NCBI GenBank assembly: GCA_031082185.1
Contig: JAVHLI010000011.1
Span: 35,735-99,734, forward strand
Length of the DNA: 64,000 nucleotides
DNA from: a bacterium
GTDB lineage: Bacteria; Sysuimicrobiota; Sysuimicrobiia; Sysuimicrobiales; Humicultoraceae
Reading direction: 5' to 3'
Below are positions 34,205 to 42,092 of the stretch, piece after piece. The translations under genes were made by a program, and so were the position numbers. Every line of letters starts with the position of its first letter. Positions within the stretch are counted from its first letter, which is position 1. The notes under the pieces are model-generated. The model searched no databases. It worked only from the letters and a program-made list of their open reading frames with translations, and was not told the origin of the DNA.

Positions 34205-35412
34205 CCCGCTGCGCCGCGTCCGGTCTTACCCTGCTGCCGCTTCTGCGGCGCGCCCACCAGCCCCCGCGTGACCGCGGGCAGCTGGCCTATGCCCATCAGC
34301 ACGAGCGCCGCGTAGGCGGCTCCGAAAGCAACCGCAGAACCAGGGCTTGGATCTCCCAGTGACGATACGAACAACCCTAGATCCCCCAGCGTCGCGACCG
34401 ATGCGTGGATCGTGATCACCAGGGGTGCGCAGACCAGGATCAGCGCCCACCACGCCCCCGGCGCGCTCCGCGGCCCCACTACCCACGACGGCGCCAGCAG
34501 GTCAAGGTTGACTCCCTCGTGAGCGCGGCGCAGCGCTAGGATGCGCCTGAGTCGGAAGAGCACCAGTAGGGTGAGGACGCCGGAGAGGGCCGGGAAGAGG
34601 CGCGCGAGATCGCCCAGGCCCGGCGGAATGGACCAGGGGTGCGAGTTCACCCCGGCCAGGCGCTCCTTGAGATTGCGCCCTCTGGCGGCCAGTTCGGCGG
34701 CGCGGGCCGCCAGCTCCGGTTGGCGGATCCTGAGTGCGGCCGCCGCGGTCGTGAGCCGGCGTTCAAGCGCCCTCCTGGCCTGCTCGATTTCCTGCAAGAC
34801 CTCTCCCGCGCGTGGTGAGGCCGTGCCGAAGGTCGTTCCTGGGCCGTTCCACCGCTGCCAGAATGCAGGGTCGGCCGCGTACGCCTCGCGCAGCACCTCG
34901 TTGAGGGCCAGGACATGGCGTCCCAGGTTCTGCTCCGCGGCGCGGAGTGCCTCCGCGATCTCAGCCGGAGGATTCTGCAGCGCCCGTAGTGGTCCCAGAG
35001 CGCCGTCCAGCGCGACGCCCAGCGCTTCGACCTGCTTTCCGATCTGCTGCTTGATCGCCTCCTCGATGGTCCCCTGCCCGCCTGCGTCCGCGCGGGCTCG
35101 GGCGACCAGATCTGCGATGGCGCGCCTCAGCGTTGCCGGCCCTGAGTCCAGCGCGTCCCGAAACTCCGCGAGAGCACCCGCGGCCTTTTGCGCCGCTTCT
35201 GCGGCCGTCTCTACCGACTCCGCTTCCTGCTTGATGCGGGCAAGCGCCTCGGCGACCAGCGGTACCGCAGCCCGGGCCTGGAGGAACGGGAAGACCACGG
35301 CCATGTGGAGCACCGCGATCACCACTAGCACGGTGCCGAAGAAGACGTGATAGGCTCGAACCTCGGCGGCGTAGGCTGCAACTGCGCGTTCGCGGTCTGA
35401 CGGTTCGGGCAC
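34201..35412 (-). CDS. Membrane protein with a long Ala/Glu/Arg-rich coiled-coil and C-terminal TM bundle, unknown function
   Basis: ORF trimmed to GTG 35412, which has GGAGG 6 nt upstream. One N-terminal TM segment, about 200 aa of helical repeat-like sequence, and 3-4 C-terminal TM segments. No family recognised. Confidence 0.5.
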   Translation of the reverse strand: MPEPSDRERAVAAYAAEVRAYHVFFGTVLVVIAVLHMAVVFPFLQARAAVPLVAEALARIKQEAESVETAAEAAQKAAGALAEFRDALDSGPATLRRAIADLVARARADAGGQGTIEEAIKQQIGKQVEALGVALDGALGPLRALQNPPAEIAEALRAAEQNLGRHVLALNEVLREAYAADPAFWQRWNGPGTTFGTASPRAGEVLQEIEQARRALERRLTTAAAALRIRQPELAARAAELAARGRNLKERLAGVNSHPWSIPPGLGDLARLFPALSGVLTLLVLFRLRRILALRRAHEGVNLDLLAPSWVVGPRSAPGAWWALILVCAPLVITIHASVATLGDLGLFVSSLGDPSPGSAVAFGAAYAALVLMGIGQLPAVTRGLVGAPQKRQQGKTGRGAAG

Positions 35413-35482
35413 GGCGCGCCTCCAGGCGGTTATCTGTGGTTTTCTATTGGCTGCTCGGTGGGCCGATGCCTTCTGCTGCGGG

Positions 35483-35511
35483 TTGACAGCAGGGTGGGCT
35501 CTGCGTACTCT
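35483..35511 (+). promoter_or_regulatory. Candidate sigma-70-type promoter for the tetR-men operon
   Basis: TTGACA (35483-35488), a 17-nt spacer, then TACTCT (35506-35511). The palindrome begins 2 nt downstream. Confidence 0.45.
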
Positions 35512-35512
35512 C

Positions 35513-35540
35513 GGTGTAGACCGACGCGTCGGTCTACACC
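35513..35540. promoter_or_regulatory. Perfect 28-bp palindrome, candidate TetR operator
   Basis: GGTGTAGACCGACG|CGTCGGTCTACACC with no mismatch. It lies 48 nt upstream of the tetR ATG (35588), in the divergent intergenic region. Confidence 0.6.
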
Positions 35541-35587
35541 GGCGGGCAGGGGATGGCCCGCGATCGCCAAGAGGTCCTGTCTCGACC

Positions 35588-36199
35588 ATGGCCCGCCGCC
35601 CCAACATGGAGTCCGCAACCCGCGACCGCCTGATCCAGGCGGCCATGGATGTGTTCGCCCGGCGTGGGTACCACGGCACCACCGTGGACGACATCGTGGC
35701 CGCTTCCGATTCGTCCAAGGGCTCCTTCTACCACTACTTTCCCAGCAAGCAGGGGATCTTCCTGATACTCCTCGATCAACTCGCCGTCATGGTCGAGGCC
35801 GGAGTGGATCACGCCATTGACAGGGAAGACGGCGCGATGGCCAAGGTCGAGGCCGCGCTGCGGGTCGTGCTGGAGGTCGCCGCCGCGCACCGGGATCTGG
35901 CCAGGATACTGTTGGTCGAGTCGGCGGCGCTTGGACACGAGTTCGAGCAGAGCCGCCTCGGCATCCACAGGAGGTTCGCCGCCCTGATCCAGCGCCATCT
36001 CGATCGCGCAGTCGCCGACGGCGCGATTCCCGCGCAGGACACGCACATCGCCGCCGCCGCGTGGATCGGCGCGATCAATGAGGTGCTGACGCAGCAGATG
36101 GCTTTGGGCGTGGAAGTGCTGGCCGGGCTGCCGTCGCTGCGGATGGTGCTGTTGCGCAGCATCGGCGCGAGGATCAACGGTGAATCCGCAGGCCGTTGA
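35588..36199 (+). CDS. TetR/AcrR-family transcriptional regulator
   Basis: ORF trimmed to ATG 35588. HTH signature TRDRLIQAAMDVFARRGYHGTTVDDIVAASDSSKGSFYHYFPSK. Confidence 0.9.
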   Translation: MARRPNMESATRDRLIQAAMDVFARRGYHGTTVDDIVAASDSSKGSFYHYFPSKQGIFLILLDQLAVMVEAGVDHAIDREDGAMAKVEAALRVVLEVAAAHRDLARILLVESAALGHEFEQSRLGIHRRFAALIQRHLDRAVADGAIPAQDTHIAAAAWIGAINEVLTQQMALGVEVLAGLPSLRMVLLRSIGARINGESAGR

Positions 36200-37598
36200 C
36201 GTCCCGGCGGCGCTCACGGGCCGACTCCGGGCCGCGGTCGACGCCGCCGGTCAGAGGGCGCGTGAGGTCGGACATCCGGTGCTGGCCTGGGCCGGCACGC
36301 GCATCCCCGCCGTCGATCCGATCGCCATCTTTGACGATGCCGCCGGAAAGCACGACCGGTTGCTCTGGATAGCACCGGACCGTGCTATCTGTCTGGTGGG
36401 TATCGGCAGCGCTTGGGCGGTCTCGACCGACGGCGCGGGACGCTTCGCAGAAGCCGGTGCAGCATGGCAGGCGCTCCTGCACGACGCCGTCGGTGACGCG
36501 GGCTTTACTCCTATCGCGATGGGTCATGCTCAACCCGGCCCGGTTCTGATGGGTGGGTTTGCGTTCGCGCCCCAAGGCCCTGTCAGCCCCGAGTGGGAGG
36601 GCTTTCCGGCGGGTTTGCTGACCCTTCCCAGGATCTGCGTGGCGAGCGAGGGGGGCGAGACCCGGCTTGTTCTCTCGCGGGTGGTTACGCCCGATGGTTC
36701 CGTCGAACACCAGGCAGATGAGGCAGCCGACGAACCGGTCGGCGCTGCGCCGTCGGTCCGGAGCCGGCAGACGACTGGGGAACATCCTCCGGGCGCCGCC
36801 TGGAAATCCAGGGTCGCAGCGTCTGCGCAGGCCGTCCGGGATGGGATTCTCCGCAAGGTCGTCCTTGCGAGGTCGGTCCGGGTGCGCGGCGGTCCCTTTG
36901 ATCCCATTGCCGCCCTCCGCATGCTGAGCGATGGCTATCCGGGCTGCACGCTCTTCGCAGTTGCGCGCGGTGCCCGGTGCTTCTTGGGCGCGACGCCGGA
37001 GCGCCTGGTCCGGGTGCGCGGCGGTGAGGTGAGCGCCATGGCCCTGGCCGGGACCGCTCCCAGGGGGCGCGACGATGGGGAGGACCGTCGGCTCGGAGAG
37101 TTGCTGCTGGCCAGCTCCAAGGACCGGATCGAGCACGCCGCCGTGGTGGACCTCCTGCGCGAGGATCTTGCCGGCGCGTGCACGGAGGTCTCGGCAGACG
37201 ATGGGCCGGACCTGCTGAAGGTGGCCAACGTGCAGCATTTGTGTACCCCGCTGACGGCCAAGATTCGTCCCCCTCTGACGTTGCTGGATCTGGTTGCCCG
37301 GCTGCACCCTACCCCGGCCGTGGGAGGGGTCCCGCGCGAGACGGCGCTGGAGTGGATACGCAGGCACGAGGGCCTGGACAGGGGATGGTACGCCGGGCCG
37401 GTCGGCTGGGTGGACCAGAGGGGCGAAGGTGAGTTTGCGGTCGCCATCCGCTCGGCGCTGCTGCACGGCGACGAGGCGGTGCTCTTCGCGGGATGCGGAA
37501 TCGTGGCGGATTCCGATCCCGATCAGGAGTACGCGGAGTCCCGCCTGAAGCTTCGGCCGATGCTCTCGGCTCTTGGAATACGAGAGGAGTCTGCATGA
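36180..37598 (+). CDS. menF: Isochorismate synthase
   Basis: GTG start. Chorismate-binding domain motifs (ERLVRVRGGEVSAMALAGT, LHPTPAVGGVP, GWYAGPVGW). Men-operon context. Confidence 0.85.
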   Translation: MNPQAVDVPAALTGRLRAAVDAAGQRAREVGHPVLAWAGTRIPAVDPIAIFDDAAGKHDRLLWIAPDRAICLVGIGSAWAVSTDGAGRFAEAGAAWQALLHDAVGDAGFTPIAMGHAQPGPVLMGGFAFAPQGPVSPEWEGFPAGLLTLPRICVASEGGETRLVLSRVVTPDGSVEHQADEAADEPVGAAPSVRSRQTTGEHPPGAAWKSRVAASAQAVRDGILRKVVLARSVRVRGGPFDPIAALRMLSDGYPGCTLFAVARGARCFLGATPERLVRVRGGEVSAMALAGTAPRGRDDGEDRRLGELLLASSKDRIEHAAVVDLLREDLAGACTEVSADDGPDLLKVANVQHLCTPLTAKIRPPLTLLDLVARLHPTPAVGGVPRETALEWIRRHEGLDRGWYAGPVGWVDQRGEGEFAVAIRSALLHGDEAVLFAGCGIVADSDPDQEYAESRLKLRPMLSALGIREESA

Positions 37599-39484
37599 AC
37601 GTCCCCGAGAACGCGACCTACGCCTACATAGGCGCCGTGGTAGACGAACTTGTGCGCTCGGGCGTGACCGAACTCTGTCTCTGCCCGGGGTCGCGTTCCA
37701 CGCCCATCGCGGTGTGCGCGGCGCGTCATCCCGGTATCAGGGTGTGGACGTTGATTGACGAACGGTCTGCCGGGTTCTTCGCACTGGGACTGGCCAAGGG
37801 GCTGCGCCGTCCGGCGGCCCTGCTCTCGACCTCCGGCACCGCGGCGGCCAACTTCCTGCCCGCGGTCATCGAGGCGCGATACGGTCGGGTGCCGTTGGTG
37901 GTGCTCACGGCCGATCGTCCGCACGAACTGCGGGAGACCGGGGGGCTGCAGGCGATTGACCAGTTGCGCCTCTACGGGACGCACGCGAAGTGGTTTGCCG
38001 ACATGGCAATACCGGAGGCCACCGACGAGTTGATGCGCTACGCCCGCAGCGTCACCTCGCGCGCGGTGGCGGTGGCCGCGGGCGCGCCTCCGGGCGCGGT
38101 GCACCTGAACTTCCCGTTGAGAGAGCCGCTGGTGCCGGTGCCCGCGCCGGATCAGCTCCCCCCAGAAGAGGCTCGGGCCAATGCGGCCTGGGGCGGCCGC
38201 GATGGCGGGCGGTCCTATGCCTCTTCCCATACCGCGCAGAAGGCGCCGGAGTACGGGCTTGCCTCCGCGCTGGCCTCGGAGCTGGCGCAGCGGAGGCGGG
38301 GCCTGATCGTGTGCGGGCCCTCGGACGATCCGGCGCTGCCGGATGCCGTCTGCCGGATGGCCGCGGCGCTGGGCTATCCGGTGCTGGCAGATCCCCTCTC
38401 GCAGGTGCGCTGCGGACCACACGACCGCGGCCCGGTGGTTGACGGCTACGATGCCCTGCTCAGGATGCCCGGCGCGATCGAGACGCTGACCCCGGAGGTC
38501 GTCCTGAGATTTGGCGCCGTGCCCGCGTCCAAACCGTTGATGCGGTATCTCGAGATGCACGGCGCGGTCCGGCAGATCGTGGTGGACGCCGGCGGCGAGT
38601 GGAACGATCCTGCGCGGGTGGCCACGGAGTTCGTGCACGCCGATCCGGTCTTGTTTTGCCGGGCGGTCCTCGGTGCGCTAGGCGCGCCTGGGGCGGGGCA
38701 GGGCGCGGCTGGGACAGGGCAGAGCGCGCGGGGGACGCATGAGTGGCTGGCGTTGTGGCAGCGTCTGGGAGCGCGGGCCCGGGACGCCATCAGTATCCGG
38801 CTGGGTGCGCTTGCAGAGCCGTTCGAGGGCAAAGTCTTCGCCGAGCTTTCCGATCTGCTGCCTGATGGCGCGGTACTCTATGTGGGCAACAGCATGCCGG
38901 TGCGCGACCTCGACACCTTCCTTCCGGGAACGCAGCGGGCGGTCCGGTTTCTGGGGAACCGCGGCGCCAGCGGGATTGACGGGCTGGTCTCAAGCGCGCT
39001 GGGCGTAGCGGCAGGACTTGGGGCGGAATCCGCCGGCGGTGGCGGGCCGGCCGGCGCAACCCGGGGCACGGTGGTCCTGGTGATCGGGGACCTGGCCTTC
39101 TACCACGACCTCAACGGGCTGCTGGCGGCCAAGCTGTACGGGCTGAATGCCACCGTCGTGCTGATCAACAACGACGGCGGCGGCATCTTCTCGTTCCTGC
39201 CGCAGGCGGGATATCCGGAATACTTCGAGGCGCTCTTCGGAACGCCGCACGGCCTCGACTTCCGCCACGCGGCCGGGCTGTACGGGGCGTCACATGCGCT
39301 CGTTGAGTCCTGGGAGGACTTCAGGGCGCGCGTGCGGGAAGGCATCTCCAGAGAGGGGCTCTCCATCGTTGAGGTGCGCACGGCGCGGGATCGCAACGTC
39401 CTCCTGCACCGCGAGGTCTGGCAGGCGGTCGAGGCCGCCCTGCGCGCCGAGCTGCCGCCCGATGCCCTGGGAGGAACTTCCTGA
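37595..39484 (+). CDS. menD: SEPHCHC synthase (2-succinyl-5-enolpyruvyl-6-hydroxy-3-cyclohexene-1-carboxylate synthase)
   Basis: ATGA overlap with menF. ThDP-enzyme layout with CPGSRSTP near the N-terminus and GDLAFYHDLNGL...INNDGGGIF. Confidence 0.9.
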   Translation: MNVPENATYAYIGAVVDELVRSGVTELCLCPGSRSTPIAVCAARHPGIRVWTLIDERSAGFFALGLAKGLRRPAALLSTSGTAAANFLPAVIEARYGRVPLVVLTADRPHELRETGGLQAIDQLRLYGTHAKWFADMAIPEATDELMRYARSVTSRAVAVAAGAPPGAVHLNFPLREPLVPVPAPDQLPPEEARANAAWGGRDGGRSYASSHTAQKAPEYGLASALASELAQRRRGLIVCGPSDDPALPDAVCRMAAALGYPVLADPLSQVRCGPHDRGPVVDGYDALLRMPGAIETLTPEVVLRFGAVPASKPLMRYLEMHGAVRQIVVDAGGEWNDPARVATEFVHADPVLFCRAVLGALGAPGAGQGAAGTGQSARGTHEWLALWQRLGARARDAISIRLGALAEPFEGKVFAELSDLLPDGAVLYVGNSMPVRDLDTFLPGTQRAVRFLGNRGASGIDGLVSSALGVAAGLGAESAGGGGPAGATRGTVVLVIGDLAFYHDLNGLLAAKLYGLNATVVLINNDGGGIFSFLPQAGYPEYFEALFGTPHGLDFRHAAGLYGASHALVESWEDFRARVREGISREGLSIVEVRTARDRNVLLHREVWQAVEAALRAELPPDALGGTS

Positions 39485-40308
39485 TGCCCAGGCTTCCCGT
39501 GAACGGGGTGAATCTCAACGTCGAGCAGGCCGGCGCAGGCCCTCCGCTCGTGCTGTTGCACGGTTTCACCGGCAGTGCCGCGGGTTGGGCAGAGCACGCC
39601 GAGGCCTTCGCGCAGAGCCACGCCACCGTGGCGGTGGATCTTCTGGGGCACGGCCTGTCCGACGCGCCGGACGATCCTGTACGCTACGGGATCGGCTACG
39701 CCACCGAGGACGTCCTTAGCGTGCTCGACGCCCTGGGGATTCAGCGGGCGGGCCTGCTGGGCTACTCGATGGGCGGCCGCGTCGCGATCTCACTGGCGGT
39801 CGTGGCCCCTGAGCGGTTGTCTGCGCTGTTTTTGGAAAGCGCCTCTCCTGGGATCCGCGATGCCGGCGCCCGCCGCGAGCGCGTCGTGGCGGACGGCGCC
39901 TTGGCGGCGGCGATTGAGCAAGATGGGGTTGAGCCGTTCGTGGATCGCTGGGAGCGCCTGCCGTTGTTTGCGAGCCAGGCCGCGCTGCCTGATGAGGCGC
40001 GCCGGGATCTCCGCGCCCTTCGGTTGCGGAACAATCCCACCGGCCTGGCGAACAGCCTGCGCGGGCTGGGACAGGGCGTGCAGCCGCCCGTGCACGAGTA
40101 CCTCCAGCAGATCTGTGTGCCCACGCTGCTGATAGCGGGCGGGCTCGATCCCGCCTACTGCGCGCTGGGAGAGGAGATGCGCGCCCTGATCCCGCAGGCC
40201 CGGTTAGAGGTTGTACCTGGAGCAGGGCATGCCGTGCACCTGGAGCAGCCCGAGCGGTTCCGCGCGCTCGTGCTGGAGTTCCTTAACCAAGTGAGAGAGC
40301 TGAGGTGA
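39484..40308 (+). CDS. menH: SHCHC synthase (alpha/beta hydrolase)
   Basis: Start/stop overlap with men[11 protein letters not shown], nucleophile elbow GYSMGGRVA, and C-terminal GHAVHLEQP. Confidence 0.8.
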   Translation: MPRLPVNGVNLNVEQAGAGPPLVLLHGFTGSAAGWAEHAEAFAQSHATVAVDLLGHGLSDAPDDPVRYGIGYATEDVLSVLDALGIQRAGLLGYSMGGRVAISLAVVAPERLSALFLESASPGIRDAGARRERVVADGALAAAIEQDGVEPFVDRWERLPLFASQAALPDEARRDLRALRLRNNPTGLANSLRGLGQGVQPPVHEYLQQICVPTLLIAGGLDPAYCALGEEMRALIPQARLEVVPGAGHAVHLEQPERFRALVLEFLNQVRELR

Positions 40309-40315
40309 GGATCTG

Positions 40316-41134
40316 ATGCCAGTGAAATGGGCGAGGGTCAAGGACTACACCGACATCATCTACGAGCACTCCGATGGGATCGCCAAGATTACCATCAACC
40401 GGCCCGAGGTGCGCAACGCCTTCCGGCCCGAAACGGTCAAGGAGTTGATGGACGCCTTTGCGGATGCGCGGGATGACTCCACCGTCGGGGTGGTGCTCTT
40501 CACCGGAGCCGGCGACAAGGCGTTCTGCTCCGGCGGCGACCAGCGCGTGCGGGGCGACGCGGGCTACGTTGGTGGGGACAAGGTCCCACGGCTGAACGTG
40601 CTCGATCTGCAGCGGCAGATCCGCACCTTGCCCAAGCCGGTGATCGCGGTAGTGGCCGGGTACGCCATCGGCGGCGGGAACGTCCTGGCCACGGTGTGCG
40701 ACCTTACGATCGCGGCCGACAACGCGATCTTCGGGCAGACCGGTCCAAAGGTCGGCAGCTTCGATGCCGGATACGGCTCGACCTACCTGGCGCGGATCGT
40801 GGGCCACAAGAAGGCCCGCGAGATCTGGTACCTGTGCAGGCAGTACAACGCCCAGGAGGCGCTGGCGATGGGACTGGTGAACGTCGTTGTTCCTCTTGAT
40901 CAGCTCGAGAAAGAGGCGGTCCGGTGGGCCAAGGAGCTGCTTGAGAAGAGCCCGCTGGCCCTGCGTTTGCTGAAAGCCGCGTTCAACGCCGACACCGACG
41001 GCCTGGCCGGGTTGCAGCAGCTTGGCGGCGACGCCACGCTGCTGTACTACATGTCGGAGGAGGCGCAGGAGGGCCGGGACGCCTACTTACAGAAGCGCAG
41101 GCCTAACTTCAAGAAGTTCCCAAGGTACCCGTAG
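40316..41134 (+). CDS. menB: 1,4-dihydroxy-2-naphthoyl-CoA synthase (crotonase fold)
   Basis: [34 protein letters not shown] and GSFDAGYGS are typical MenB motifs. Confidence 0.9.
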   Translation: MPVKWARVKDYTDIIYEHSDGIAKITINRPEVRNAFRPETVKELMDAFADARDDSTVGVVLFTGAGDKAFCSGGDQRVRGDAGYVGGDKVPRLNVLDLQRQIRTLPKPVIAVVAGYAIGGGNVLATVCDLTIAADNAIFGQTGPKVGSFDAGYGSTYLARIVGHKKAREIWYLCRQYNAQEALAMGLVNVVVPLDQLEKEAVRWAKELLEKSPLALRLLKAAFNADTDGLAGLQQLGGDATLLYYMSEEAQEGRDAYLQKRRPNFKKFPRYP

Positions 41135-41142
41135 GCACGCGC

Positions 41143-42066
41143 ATGGGCGCCGCGGAGGACGGGATGAATACGCCGGGCGCGGGCAGTCCCTGGAGGGCAT
41201 GGGTGCTCGCCGCGCGCGTGCCCACGCTCACCGCGGCGGTGGCGCCGGTCATGGTCGGCACCGCGGCCGCGGCCGGAGGCGGGATGTTCGCGCCGTTGCC
41301 CGCGTTTGCCGCGCTGATTGCCGCCGTCAGCATCCAGATCGCCACGAACTTGCACAACGACGCGCTCGACTTCCTACAGGGGGCCGACACCGCAGGCCGC
41401 CTGGGGCCCGCACGTGCTACCCAGGCCGGCCTGCTGTCGCCGCGGCAGGTGCTTGTCGGCGCCTACCTGTGTCTTGGTGTCGCAGCGGCCGCCGGCATCT
41501 ACCTCGTGGCGCTGCGGGGATGGCCGCTGCTGGTGGTGGGGATGATGTCCATGGCCGCTGCCCTGGCGTACACCGCGAGCCCCCTGCGTCTGGGCTACCG
41601 CGGATTGGGAGACCTGTTTGTGTTCCTCTTCTTCGGGGTGGTGGCCGTCGTAGGCAGCGACTACGTGCAGAGTGGAGAGATACGCGCAGTGGCGGTGGCC
41701 GCCTCGGTGCCGGTGGGGTTGCTGGCCTCTGCCATCCTGGTACTCAACAACCTGCGCGACATTGACACCGACCGCGCGGCCGGAAAGCGGACGCTCGCAG
41801 TGCGGCTTGGTCCTCGCGCCACGCGCGCGCAGTATCTCTTCTGCCTGGCCGGAGCTATGGCTGCGCCTGCGGTGATGCGCTTGACAGGGCTGCTCGGATC
41901 GTGGTTCTGGCTACCCTGGCTGGCGGCGCCCACAATGATGGGGTTGGTGAGCACCGTGCTGCGGCACGAAGACGCCGCGGCCCTTGTCGAGGCGCTGAAG
42001 AGGACCGCGCGACTGCTCCTGATTTACGGGGCGCTGCTGGCCACGAGCCTCTTGCGGGGTTCATGA
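41143..42066 (+). CDS. menA: 1,4-dihydroxy-2-naphthoate polyprenyltransferase (UbiA family)
   Basis: 8-9 TM segments. Asp-rich motifs NLHNDALDF and NNLRDIDTDRAAGKRT. Confidence 0.85.
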   Translation: MGAAEDGMNTPGAGSPWRAWVLAARVPTLTAAVAPVMVGTAAAAGGGMFAPLPAFAALIAAVSIQIATNLHNDALDFLQGADTAGRLGPARATQAGLLSPRQVLVGAYLCLGVAAAAGIYLVALRGWPLLVVGMMSMAAALAYTASPLRLGYRGLGDLFVFLFFGVVAVVGSDYVQSGEIRAVAVAASVPVGLLASAILVLNNLRDIDTDRAAGKRTLAVRLGPRATRAQYLFCLAGAMAAPAVMRLTGLLGSWFWLPWLAAPTMMGLVSTVLRHEDAAALVEALKRTARLLLIYGALLATSLLRGS

Positions 42067-42092
42067 GGACCGTGAGGCGCTAGGAGACCTTA

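Noticed and set aside
36174-37466. A 430-aa minus-strand ORF
   Set aside because: It is antisense to menF. It is low-complexity and Arg/Gly/Pro-rich, has no SD and no family signal.
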